A stretch of 64,000 nt of DNA from the IMG/VR virus record IMGVR_UViG_3300034072_001395, positions 1-64,000 of that record; one strand, 5' to 3'. Source of the DNA: a virus. Position 1 is the first letter of the stretch. Every line of letters starts with the position of its first letter. Positions 28,039 to 36,828 of the stretch are shown one piece after another. The translations under genes and the position numbers were made by a program. The notes under the pieces are model-generated. The model was not told the DNA's origin, ran no database searches, and worked only from the letters and a program-made list of their open reading frames with translations.

Positions 28039-29802
28039 ATGCCCTCTATCCCGCCGTCCATCGAGCGCAAGTTCCTGCCCGCCCTCCCGGCGAACAGCGA
28101 TCTGTGGGTGCCCGAAGGATCGTCCGTCGAGCTGATCCAGGCGATGTTCGCCAACTCGACGGCGTTCGTGTCGCTCTGCCACATTCAGACGATGGACAGC
28201 ACGCCGAGCGCGATGGGCCCGCACATCACGCCGATGCAGCGCAGGGTCGCCGAGGAGTACGACGCCCGGCAGTACCTCTGGATCAACAAGTACCGGCAGG
28301 CCATGATCTCGACGCTCATGGTCATGCTCCTCCTGCGCGACTGCATGCTGCTCCCCGGCATGCGCGGCGCGATCGTGGCGCAGAAGGAGGACCTGCACAA
28401 GGACCTGATGCGCCGCGTGGTGCTCGCCTACGAGAACCTCCCCAAGCACCTGCGGGTGCCCGTCAAGGACGGCACGCGGCCGACGGCCACGGGGATCGAG
28501 TTCGAGCACGGCGGCTACATCATCCCGATCACCGCCGGGTCGGACAGCCCGGGTGTCGGTTCGTCCCCCGATCGCGCGATCGTCTCCGAGGCGTGCGAGA
28601 TGGACGACGAGGCGTTCGCGCGCCTCACGCAGAAGTTCTTCCCGGCCGTCACCAGCAAGACGAACGGCAAGCTCGTGATGGAGAGCACGCCAGGTCGCGC
28701 CGGGACGCCGATGCACCGCCTCTGGCGCATGAGCCTGGAGCGCCGGAGCCGCTTCCACCCGATCCACCTGCGCTGGTATCAGGACCCTCGGCGGCACAGC
28801 ACCGACCCGGGGATCGTGCTCGACGACACCGACTTCGCCTACCGCGAGCGTGTGCGCCTCACGCCCGAACAGATGCCGGACGCGGCCCTGCGCTTCCGCC
28901 GCCTCGTGCTCCCCGAGTTCGACAACTCCGACGACGACTTCGAGAACAAGTACCCGCCGGACGCGCGTGCCGGGTGGGTCACGAAGCAGGCCCAGGTGTT
29001 CGACCGCGGGCCGCTCAACAAGTTGAAAGAGACGGCGGTTGCCGATCCGCCCGTGGACCCCGAGGCCAAGTGCCGGATCATCAAGCCGTACATCCCCGGG
29101 CGGACGTACCTGATCACGGCCGACCCCGCCAACTTCGGGGCGACCGGCGACGACAGCGCCTTGACCGTGTGGGACACGAGCACCTGGGAGGAGGTCGCCT
29201 TCTGGGAGGGGCGCGAGCAACCCGACGCCTTCTACCGGCGCCTGGTCGCCGTCGCGCTCGCCTACGGCCACGAGGACCAGTTGCTCGACGACACCACCAA
29301 CGGCGTCTACGTCGCCATCGAGAGCAACGCGGGCGCCGTGCTGGGCGCCGCCGTGCTGGAGAACCGGCTGCTCCTCTACCGCGACGAGGACGACAAGCCC
29401 GGGTGGGCCGCCACCACCAAGTCGATCCAAGAGGCCGAGGCCGACACGAACACGATGCTGGGTGACGGGAGCATCAAGATCCACACGCTCTCGCTGATTG
29501 ACCAGCTCATCATGTTCGACGGCAAGAAGCGCGACCGGCGCCTCGTCCGCGCAGACGGCACGCAGAGCCACTACGATCGCGCTCGGACGGCGATCATGGC
29601 CTGCCACATCCTGCGCCGGCGGCAGTTCCGCCCGCCCCTCACCTCGGAGGAAGTCGCCCGGGTCGAGGCCCGCAAGGCCCGCAAGGAGGCTGACGCCAAG
29701 TTCCGCAAGATGATGAAGCTCGCCACGGGCGGGGAGCCCGGCGTCATCGGGCTCGACCCGCTGGAAACGTGGGCTCCGCCTGCGTATGTTCACGCCTACT
29801 GA
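28039..29802 (+). CDS. terL: Terminase large subunit
   Basis: Walker A variant INKYRQAMIST, Walker B AIVSE, motif III MESTP, RNase H-like nuclease ITADPA / DDSA / IESN / HYD. Confidence 0.92.
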   Translation: MPSIPPSIERKFLPALPANSDLWVPEGSSVELIQAMFANSTAFVSLCHIQTMDSTPSAMGPHITPMQRRVAEEYDARQYLWINKYRQAMISTLMVMLLLRDCMLLPGMRGAIVAQKEDLHKDLMRRVVLAYENLPKHLRVPVKDGTRPTATGIEFEHGGYIIPITAGSDSPGVGSSPDRAIVSEACEMDDEAFARLTQKFFPAVTSKTNGKLVMESTPGRAGTPMHRLWRMSLERRSRFHPIHLRWYQDPRRHSTDPGIVLDDTDFAYRERVRLTPEQMPDAALRFRRLVLPEFDNSDDDFENKYPPDARAGWVTKQAQVFDRGPLNKLKETAVADPPVDPEAKCRIIKPYIPGRTYLITADPANFGATGDDSALTVWDTSTWEEVAFWEGREQPDAFYRRLVAVALAYGHEDQLLDDTTNGVYVAIESNAGAVLGAAVLENRLLLYRDEDDKPGWAATTKSIQEAEADTNTMLGDGSIKIHTLSLIDQLIMFDGKKRDRRLVRADGTQSHYDRARTAIMACHILRRRQFRPPLTSEEVARVEARKARKEADAKFRKMMKLATGGEPGVIGLDPLETWAPPAYVHAY

Positions 29803-29816
29803 TCAGGGGTTTGCCT

Positions 29817-31508
29817 ATGGACCGGAAGCAGATCAAGGACCTCGCCGCCGCACACCGCTCGCGGTTCGAGTCGGACGAGGCCAACCTGTTCCGCAAGAGC
29901 GCGAACTTCTACAATGGCCGCTTCGGCAGCATCGTCGCCCACCCGAACAGCCTGGCGCGCAACATGCACGCCGAGCGTCAGCCCCCGACGATCAACCTCG
30001 CGTTCGCCGTCATCGAGAGCGTGCTCAACGCGCTGTCGCCCGCCACCCAGGCCGTCTACGCCCGAGGGCTGTCGGAGGAGGGTGAGGCCATTCAGGAGAG
30101 CGTCGCCCACGTCATCAACACCGAGTTGCGGCGCAACGAGTTCGTGAGCGTCTGCCGCCTCACGCTCCTCGACGCCGCGCTGCGCCGCCGCGGGATCTTC
30201 AAGACCGTCCTCCAGCCCGACCCCGAGAACCCGGGCAAGTACGCCGGCGTGAGCATCCGCGACGTGCAGCCGGCCACGCTGTTCTATGACCGCGACGCCC
30301 GCATGGTTCAGGACGTGTCCTATTGGGGGCAGCACGTCCAGATGCCCTGGCGCGTGTTCCGCCAGCGGGTCGAGAGCGGCGTGTACGCGCGCCCGAAGAC
30401 GGACGTGCGCAAGGAGGGGCAAGCGTCCTGGCTCGGGATGGGCCTCGACAACGATCGTCTGTCGAGCAGCAACGCGACCGCCGAGGTGTTCGGGTACGCG
30501 AACGTGTGGGAAGTCTACGACCTGTTTGACGGGAAGGTCTACCACTGGCACGAGGCCAGCGACACCCTCCTGCTCGAAGGCGAGATCGCCTCGCACCCGT
30601 TCGCCATGTTCTCGCCGAACCACAACGGCGAGAACCTCGACGGCATCAGCGAGGTCGAGTTGATCCTCCCGCAGCAGGAGCAGATCAACGACATCCGCCG
30701 GCTGTTCTCGCAGGTGGCCTACCGGATGGTCCCGCGGGTCCTGTTTGACAGCGGCGTCATTGACCAGCAGGAACTCGACAAGGCGCTCAAGGACGGTGCG
30801 GGCACGTTCCGCGGCGTGCGCCGCCTGCCGACCGCCCAGGGCAAGACGTTCCAAGACGCCTTCTACGCCCTGCCGATGGCGCAGATCCCCGACGGCCTCA
30901 TCCAAATCGCGCAGATGATGGAGGCGGACACCCAGGTCGCCAGCGGGATGCTCATGCAGCAGCGCGGCATGGCGCAGAACGTCCGCACCGCGCAGGAGAT
31001 GGCCGTCATGGCGTCGGCCAGCCGCGACCGCCTCAACACCCGGACGGCGAGCTTCAACGCGGCGATCTCCCAGGTCGCCAAGCGTACGCTGCGCCTGATG
31101 ATCGAGCACGTCGAGGGCCCGTTCAGCGTCAAGGACCGGGACAAGTGGACGCAGGTGACCAACACCGACCTGCGCCGGTTCGATGGCGTGCTCGAACTCA
31201 CGCCGTTCAGCCCGATCTCCTCGAACCCCCAGGCGCTCGCCGAGGCCCTGTCGGGCATGGCGAACTGGCTCACGCAGAACCCCGAGATCGACCAGCGGGC
31301 GCTCACCGAGATGGTGATGACGGGGCTCGGCGTTCCCCTCACCCGTGCCCTCGTCCCGAAGGAGGAGAGCATGCGGAAGCAGGAGGCCATGATCGCGCAG
31401 GCCGGGGGCGCACCTCCGGGCGCGGCGATGATGTCCCCCGAGGCGATGGAACAGGCCGCTGCTGCGCAGGATGCGCAGGCGCAGGTGGACCCGACGCTCG
31501 GAACGTGA
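29817..31508 (+). CDS. Portal protein (563 aa)
   Basis: Follows terL; FYNG, INLAFAVIES, GISEVELILPQQEQIN and RTAQE motifs of P22/T7-like portals. Confidence 0.85.
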   Translation: MDRKQIKDLAAAHRSRFESDEANLFRKSANFYNGRFGSIVAHPNSLARNMHAERQPPTINLAFAVIESVLNALSPATQAVYARGLSEEGEAIQESVAHVINTELRRNEFVSVCRLTLLDAALRRRGIFKTVLQPDPENPGKYAGVSIRDVQPATLFYDRDARMVQDVSYWGQHVQMPWRVFRQRVESGVYARPKTDVRKEGQASWLGMGLDNDRLSSSNATAEVFGYANVWEVYDLFDGKVYHWHEASDTLLLEGEIASHPFAMFSPNHNGENLDGISEVELILPQQEQINDIRRLFSQVAYRMVPRVLFDSGVIDQQELDKALKDGAGTFRGVRRLPTAQGKTFQDAFYALPMAQIPDGLIQIAQMMEADTQVASGMLMQQRGMAQNVRTAQEMAVMASASRDRLNTRTASFNAAISQVAKRTLRLMIEHVEGPFSVKDRDKWTQVTNTDLRRFDGVLELTPFSPISSNPQALAEALSGMANWLTQNPEIDQRALTEMVMTGLGVPLTRALVPKEESMRKQEAMIAQAGGAPPGAAMMSPEAMEQAAAAQDAQAQVDPTLGT

Positions 31509-31538
31509 TACGCTACCTCGCAAGCGGAGGACGCGCAA

Positions 31539-31931
31539 GTGCAGATCGTTGATTGCAAGTGTCAAGACTGCGGGCACAAGGTCCTCGATGTCTACGCGGA
31601 CTCGATGCCGAAGGTGTGCCCGTGGTGTGGCACCGAGGGCAAGATGAAGCGGTGCCTCGCCACCGGCAACTACGCGACCACCGAAGTCGACGGCGTGCCC
31701 CTCAACCTCGGCGACGGCAACGTCCTCCGCGGCAAGGGCGAGCGCGAAGCCTACGCCAAGAGCCTCAACAAGCTGCACGGCACCAGCGGCCTCACGCTGG
31801 AGCCGCGTGACGGCTACAAGGACAAGGTGCGCGCGGCCGAAGCCGCCCACGTCGCCGACGGCCTCCTGCGGCGGAACGGCAACGAGGACAAGCGCCGCGC
31901 GCTCAACAACCGCCGGTGGAGGTCGATGTGA
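31539..31931 (+). CDS. Zinc-ribbon (FmdB-like) protein
   Basis: CQDC...CPWC; common position after portal genes. Confidence 0.7.
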   Translation: MQIVDCKCQDCGHKVLDVYADSMPKVCPWCGTEGKMKRCLATGNYATTEVDGVPLNLGDGNVLRGKGEREAYAKSLNKLHGTSGLTLEPRDGYKDKVRAAEAAHVADGLLRRNGNEDKRRALNNRRWRSM

Positions 31932-32092
31932 GCGCGGCCTTCACGGGCGCCCGTGTTCCTGCCGAGGAGCCGATCGAGATCGTGCCCTCGCGGGACTTCC
32001 CCCCTCTGTTCGCGGCCATCGACGAGATCGGCGGTGCCGTCGTCGGGCAGGGGTCCGATACCAACAACACCGGCGATGACCGGGGAGGTGCC

Positions 32093-32377
32093 ATGATGGA
32101 CGAGGAGAAGACCGACCCCGGCATGATGCCGGCGGAGAAGCCGATGGGCGGCGAGGGCGGCGCGCCCTCCGAGGGCGGCGGTGACGCCAAGGCCGAGCTG
32201 GCCTCGATGCTGGGGGCGAGCCCCGAGCAGATCGACATGATGCTCAAGGAGGCGAAGATCGACGCCGCCACCCTGCTCGACGCCCTGAAGCAGAACCCCA
32301 AGATGGTCGACGAGCTGAAGCAGGCGATGGCCGGCTCGCCGATGATGGCGAAGAAGCCGAAGGCCGCCATCTACTGA
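32093..32377 (+). CDS. Small Met-rich hypothetical protein (alternative start GTG 31928)
   Basis: GGAGG RBS before ATG 32093; strong codon bias. Confidence 0.65.
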   Translation: MMDEEKTDPGMMPAEKPMGGEGGAPSEGGGDAKAELASMLGASPEQIDMMLKEAKIDAATLLDALKQNPKMVDELKQAMAGSPMMAKKPKAAIY

Positions 32378-32407
32378 GCGCCTGCGACATCGAGTAGCGC
32401 ACACCAC

Positions 32408-32439
32408 GAGGGGCCGGGGTCGAAAGCCTCCGGCCTCTC
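32408..32439 (+). other. GC-rich stem-loop in front of the scaffold RBS
   Basis: GAGGGGCCGGGG-TCGAAAG-CCTCCGGCCTCTC. Confidence 0.5.
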
Positions 32440-32462
32440 TACCAACATAGGAGATGCTCCCC

Positions 32463-33497
32463 ATGTCTGCCGAAGCCACCCCGACCACGCCTGCCGTGGC
32501 CCCCGAGACGCCCCCCGCCGTGCCACCCGTCGAGGCCCAGGAGGCCGCTGCCGCGCCGGCCACGCCTGCCGCACCGGCGCCCCTGCCGCCCGAGGTCGCC
32601 CCCTGGAACGGCGAGCTGCCGGGCCTGGACAACGTGCTCTCCGTCGCCCCCGAGAACGTGCGCGACGCGCTGCGCAAGGGCATCGCGTCCGTGCGCTCGA
32701 ACATGGACCGCGCGCTCAGCGAGCGGATGCAGAAGATCGCCGAGGAGCGGCGCGAGGCCGCCCAGCAGCGCCAGCTCGCCGAGACGGAGTACCGGGCCGC
32801 CAAGGACGCCGCGCGCAAGTGGGCGATGGCCGTCGACAACGGCGACGTGCAGAGCGTTCTTGAGGCGCTCCAGGCCGACGCCGAAGGGCAGATCGCCGAG
32901 TTCCGCTCGCGCGCCGAGGTCGCCGAGGCCCAGGCCGAGGCCCTGGAGGCCCGCCAGCGGTCCATCGTCGCCAGCGTGACCGAGGCCCTCCGCAGCGAGT
33001 ACGACGCCAAGTACGCGCCCATCCTCGCCGAGCGGGACGCCGAGCGTGCCGAGCTGGAGGCCGCCCGGAAGCGCCAGCGGGAGGCCGAGGCGGCCCAGGA
33101 GGCCCTGTGGGCCCAGCAGATCGCCGAGGAGCAGGCCGCCCTCGCCAAGCGGATCGTGGCTGCCGCCGACGCCAAGGGCGCCGCCGTGCCTGCCCACATG
33201 CAGAAGTTCGATGGCCTGGCCCCGCTGTTCAACGCCATCGTGCAGACGCTCCAGGCCGAGAGCGGGATCACGGTCACCGACGACACCCCCGACGAGATCA
33301 CGAAGCCGCTGATCGAGAAGGCCGAGCAGCGTGTGGCCGCCGCGATCGCGGCCCTCCACCCGAAGCCCGCCACGGCCGCGAGCCCGAACACCGTGTCGGC
33401 GCCGCCCGTCGGTGAGGCCGTGGCGACGCAGGGGCGGTCGGGCACCAGCGTCCCGACCACCCCGCAGACCCCGAAGAAGCAGATCCGCCTCTACTGA
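32463..33497 (+). CDS. Capsid scaffolding protein
   Basis: Pro/Ala-rich N-terminus, long A/E/Q/R coiled coil, basic C-terminus; follows the portal; AGGAG RBS. Confidence 0.7.
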   Translation: MSAEATPTTPAVAPETPPAVPPVEAQEAAAAPATPAAPAPLPPEVAPWNGELPGLDNVLSVAPENVRDALRKGIASVRSNMDRALSERMQKIAEERREAAQQRQLAETEYRAAKDAARKWAMAVDNGDVQSVLEALQADAEGQIAEFRSRAEVAEAQAEALEARQRSIVASVTEALRSEYDAKYAPILAERDAERAELEAARKRQREAEAAQEALWAQQIAEEQAALAKRIVAAADAKGAAVPAHMQKFDGLAPLFNAIVQTLQAESGITVTDDTPDEITKPLIEKAEQRVAAAIAALHPKPATAASPNTVSAPPVGEAVATQGRSGTSVPTTPQTPKKQIRLY

Positions 33498-34450
33498 GGC
33501 GGGCGCGAGTTGGAGAGCATGGCGATCAGCGCCTCGTAGGAGAGGGCGCCACCCTCGACGAGGGGCGCGAGCCGGGCGGCCGCAGCCTCGCGCTTGGCGG
33601 CGGCGCGGGCCATCTCCTTCGAGGTGCGCACGTCCTCCTCGTAGACGGAGATCGCGGCGTACTCCCCGGGGCACGTCGGCGACGTGAAGATCGGGGTCGT
33701 GTCGAAGTCGCCGAGGAAGTGGACGGCGTACTCAACCCCGTCGTCGGGGAAGTACGCGCCGATCTTCGTCGGAGCCGACGTGTCGCCGGTGGTGAAGGGC
33801 GGGACGGCCGCGTCCTTCGGGGTGACGACGGCCAGGAACACCATCGGGAGCCCCGCGAGCGGGTTGTCGCCGCGGCCACGGTTCGGCGGGCGCTCGTCCC
33901 GCAGGGCGTGGGCCGTGAGGCTGTAGGCGCCGTACTGCGAGTAGTGCTCGTTGAGCGCCGACATCACGGCGGGCGAGAAGGGGACCTCGTGGGCCAGCGG
34001 CGCACCCTGCCACACGGGGACCTGGCCCACGCTGGAGGCCACCGGCACCTCGATGTCGAAGGTGTCGGCCTCCTCGACGGGTGCGGGGGGCTGCATGGGC
34101 GCCGGAGCGGGCGCCGGGGGCGGCGCGGGGGGCGCCTTCGGGCGCACGGGGAGCGGCGGAGGGGCCGGGACGGGCGCCTGGACGGGGCGCGCGGGCGGCA
34201 GGACGGCCTCGGGGGCGCCATCGAGGGCGTGAGCGAGCAGCGCGGCGCGGGATCGCTGGAACTTGCCCGGCAGGATGGTCTCCCGGCCCGGCGGCGGCTC
34301 CTTGGTGGCGCCGAACTGGAACAGGATCTCCCCGATCAGCCAGTCCTCGACGTACTCGCGCGGCGGAGGAGGCGCCCAGGGCGCCATCCGGCCCATCTCG
34401 GCGTGCATGGCGGACACGATCGTGTCGAACATCGGCTTTCCGCGGCTCAT
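33491..34450 (-). CDS. Hypothetical protein with Pro-rich linker (319 aa)
   Basis: Start MSRGKPMF with GGAGG RBS; coupled to the upstream gene. Confidence 0.7.
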   Translation of the reverse strand: MSRGKPMFDTIVSAMHAEMGRMAPWAPPPPREYVEDWLIGEILFQFGATKEPPPGRETILPGKFQRSRAALLAHALDGAPEAVLPPARPVQAPVPAPPPLPVRPKAPPAPPPAPAPAPMQPPAPVEEADTFDIEVPVASSVGQVPVWQGAPLAHEVPFSPAVMSALNEHYSQYGAYSLTAHALRDERPPNRGRGDNPLAGLPMVFLAVVTPKDAAVPPFTTGDTSAPTKIGAYFPDDGVEYAVHFLGDFDTTPIFTSPTCPGEYAAISVYEEDVRTSKEMARAAAKREAAAARLAPLVEGGALSYEALIAMLSNSRPPQ

Positions 34451-34659
34451 GGAGCCTCCTTGTCGGGCATCAGCTCGAAGCGGACGCCGTCGAACGCCTC
34501 TGGCGGGCGGGTGAAGTAGTGGTGGCGCACGATGTCTTGGTAGACAGCGAGCAAAGGGAACTTCTGGCGGTCGTCTGCGACCTCGTTGGCGATCGCCACG
34601 ATGACGTAGTACCCGCCGGTGCGCTTGTGGCGCCACACCTGGCCGACTTTGACGCTCAC
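34447..34659 (-). CDS. DUF1653-like protein
   Basis: GQVWRHKRTGGYYVI...VYQ...FTRP..F..RF signature. Confidence 0.8.
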   Translation of the reverse strand: MSVKVGQVWRHKRTGGYYVIVAIANEVADDRQKFPLLAVYQDIVRHHYFTRPPEAFDGVRFELMPDKEAP

Positions 34660-34991
34660 CACAGCCCTCCTGGCTCCAGATCGGCGTATCCAGGCAGCGT
34701 CGTGGGGTCAACTGGCGTGCGATCGACGCCAGAAGCCTCCCGATCGCCGCAGAAGGCGTGCTGATCGTACCACGCGCCGAGCTTCACGACCCTCCAGGCC
34801 CACAGAACAGGCCCGCGAGAGCGGAAACCGCCTCCTCCGTCGAAGCCGCCGTTGGCCTGGCGCACGAAACCGACCGCTTCTTGCCACGATCCGTGGCGGA
34901 AGTGGGCGTATTCGGCTCCGCAGACGCACTTACGGGCGTCGACGTGCGCCCCTGGAGGCTCCGGCGGCCTGATCTTGACGTTGACGGGCAT
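34656..34991 (-). CDS. Hypothetical protein (111 aa)
   Basis: ORF packed in the operon; CxC and HxxC residues. Confidence 0.6.
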   Translation of the reverse strand: MPVNVKIRPPEPPGAHVDARKCVCGAEYAHFRHGSWQEAVGFVRQANGGFDGGGGFRSRGPVLWAWRVVKLGAWYDQHAFCGDREASGVDRTPVDPTTLPGYADLEPGGLW

Positions 34992-35001
34992 GGATCACCC
35001 G

Positions 35002-35343
35002 TCAATCGGGGTAGACGTAGGGCTTGTAGTCCGCGCGACGGCTCCGCGGGTCGGGCGATCCGGTCCGCGCGTGCTCCGCCATCGCCCGCCACCACGCCAT
35101 CTTCTCGATGTCGCCCTCTGGATCGCCCTTCCGGCCGCCTCGGACGGCGTACTTGAGGGCGTGCGTGTCGCAGGCGTGCGCGAACAGCTTGTCCGCGACC
35201 ACCCGGATGTGCCCGTCGGGCGTGCCGGGAGGACAGAGAGCCTCCTTGGCGGTGACGAAGGCCATGTCGCGCATCATGTCGACGGCCTCGCGGGCGCCGA
35301 CGAGGTAGCGCGCGGGCGCCTTGGTGTTGCCGTTGTCGCTCAT
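35002..35343 (-). CDS. DUF3310 (SaV-like) protein
   Basis: P.RY...E..D...ALKY..R.G.KG....DIEK..WW signature. Confidence 0.8.
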   Translation of the reverse strand: MSDNGNTKAPARYLVGAREAVDMMRDMAFVTAKEALCPPGTPDGHIRVVADKLFAHACDTHALKYAVRGGRKGDPEGDIEKMAWWRAMAEHARTGSPDPRSRRADYKPYVYPD

Positions 35344-35489
35344 GCGCGCCACGCGAAGGCCGCGAAGGCCAGGAAGGGCAGGCCCGCCAGCGAGAGCATC
35401 GGGTTGTGCCCCTGGCTGTGGAGGGCCAGGGTGTTCCCGAGGACGATGGCGGCGCCGACGATGAGCGTGGGCCAGGGTGCGCGCAGCAT
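35340..35489 (-). CDS. Small two-TM membrane protein (49 aa)
   Basis: MLRAPWPTLIVGAAIVLG...LAGLPFLAFAAFAWRA; GAGGAG RBS; ATGA coupling; below the ORF-track cutoff. Confidence 0.6.
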   Translation of the reverse strand: MLRAPWPTLIVGAAIVLGNTLALHSQGHNPMLSLAGLPFLAFAAFAWRA

Positions 35490-35500
35490 GTTGGGGCTCC

Positions 35501-35896
35501 TCAGTTGTAGTCGCTGGCGTCGGCGGCGTCTCCGCCGGCGTCAGGAGCCCCGTACTCCGCTTCCAGCTCCAGCGCAAGGCCCTGCATGCGCAGCCGAGCG
35601 ATCCCAGCGTCGCCGCCCGCCTCGGCGAAGCACGCCTGATAGGCGATCTCCGCGAGCGTGCGGGCGGTCCCGAATGTCATCGGGCCCTTGTCACGGGCCG
35701 TCCGCTTGATGTAGTCGGCCAGCACGTCGCTGTCGTCGAGCAGGGTGGCGCTGGGCGCACTGAACACAGCGAACACCAGCACCTCCTCGTCGCCGTCGAA
35801 CCGCTCGCGCCCGATGGGCAGCGCGCAGTCGGCCATCTCGACGGGCACGGGCCCGTCCTTGCGAGTGGCGCGCTGAAGTCGGACGCGATCGGCCAT
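35501..35896 (-). CDS. Hypothetical protein (131 aa)
   Basis: GGGAG RBS; operon packing. Confidence 0.65.
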   Translation of the reverse strand: MADRVRLQRATRKDGPVPVEMADCALPIGRERFDGDEEVLVFAVFSAPSATLLDDSDVLADYIKRTARDKGPMTFGTARTLAEIAYQACFAEAGGDAGIARLRMQGLALELEAEYGAPDAGGDAADASDYN

Positions 35897-35905
35897 GACG
35901 GCTCC

Positions 35906-36337
35906 CTACTGCGCGTTGACGCCGAGGACACCGCGCGCCTTGCGCTCGGTCCCCCGGCTGCGGATGATGTCCAGGGCGTCGCGGATGTGCGCCAGCGCGC
36001 GGGCGTTGCTCTCGTGCGCGAAGGGGCCGGCCTGGAACGCCTCCAGGCGGTCGACCAGCACGGCGGCCAGGGCGGCGTCGACGCAGCCGGTGAGCTTGCC
36101 GTCGGGGCCGCGGGGGCCGTGCTGGAAGTCCACGGCCGCGACGATCTTGCCGCCGACGTTGACCTCGTAGTGGTGCGAGGCGCCGCCCGCGGCGGGGTCG
36201 CGCTCATCGCAGGTGATCACGAGGTCGGCGGCGCCGAAGGGGTCGATGTGTGCGAGGACCTTGCGCGGGAGCGGGTAGGGCAGGGAGCCCGTGAAGCCGG
36301 GGCAGGATGGGTTCAGGTCGATGATCTCGTCAGACAC
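35906..36337 (-). CDS. tad1: Tad1-family anti-defence sponge protein (Thoeris anti-defence 1)
   Basis: GGASHHY, FQHGPR, DRLEAFQAGPF...NARALAH and R..ER..RGVLG.N match the Tad1 motifs as I recall them. Confidence 0.85.
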   Translation of the reverse strand: MSDEIIDLNPSCPGFTGSLPYPLPRKVLAHIDPFGAADLVITCDERDPAAGGASHHYEVNVGGKIVAAVDFQHGPRGPDGKLTGCVDAALAAVLVDRLEAFQAGPFAHESNARALAHIRDALDIIRSRGTERKARGVLGVNAQ

Positions 36338-36563
36338 CGGACACCTCGGTGGACGCGGGGGCGTCCTCGGTCTCGGAGGGCGGCAGCTCGATGATCTCGG
36401 GCGCGGCCTCGACGGGCTCGCCGACCTCGGCCTCGACCTCGACGACGGGCGGGGCCTCCTCGACGGTCAGGATGATGGCGCCGTCGGTGAGCTTGAACAC
36501 CAGCAGGCCGAGCAGGGTGAGAAGCAGGGCGAAGATGCCGTGCTTGCGGTTCAGAGACGACAT
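36330..36563 (-). CDS. Single-TM membrane protein with acidic tail (77 aa)
   Basis: N-terminal TM helix IFALLLTLLGLLVF. Confidence 0.6.
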   Translation of the reverse strand: MSSLNRKHGIFALLLTLLGLLVFKLTDGAIILTVEEAPPVVEVEAEVGEPVEAAPEIIELPPSETEDAPASTEVSGV

Positions 36564-36568
36564 GACGG

Positions 36569-36793
36569 TCAGACCCCCGGGTGGGTGAGCAGGTAGAGCA
36601 TGAAGTTGAAGGCGACGAAGAAGGCTCCGCCGTCGCGGTCGAAGAACTCGGTCAGGATGCGCCAGTACGTCTTGGCGTCGAGCGTCCAGGGCGGGAACTC
36701 CTGGCGGACGCGGATGAGCGTCAGAGCGCCCACGATCAGGTAGACGCAGCACATCAGGAAGTTCAGCAGCCAGAGGACCACGGGCGGCTCCAT
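36569..36793 (-). CDS. Two-TM membrane protein, holin-like (74 aa)
   Basis: Two hydrophobic segments; holin function is a guess. Confidence 0.5.
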   Translation of the reverse strand: MEPPVVLWLLNFLMCCVYLIVGALTLIRVRQEFPPWTLDAKTYWRILTEFFDRDGGAFFVAFNFMLYLLTHPGV

Positions 36794-36828
36794 TGTCCTG
36801 CCGAGCGTAGCCCGGCGAGGCGCACCTG

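Noticed and set aside
24608-29793. Long antisense ORFs over the capsid, adaptor and terminase genes
   Set aside because: Same shadow-frame effect; the opposite strand carries recognisable phage proteins
36330-36793. Complete lysis cassette
   Set aside because: Membrane proteins are present but there is no recognisable endolysin or lipoprotein spanin nearby
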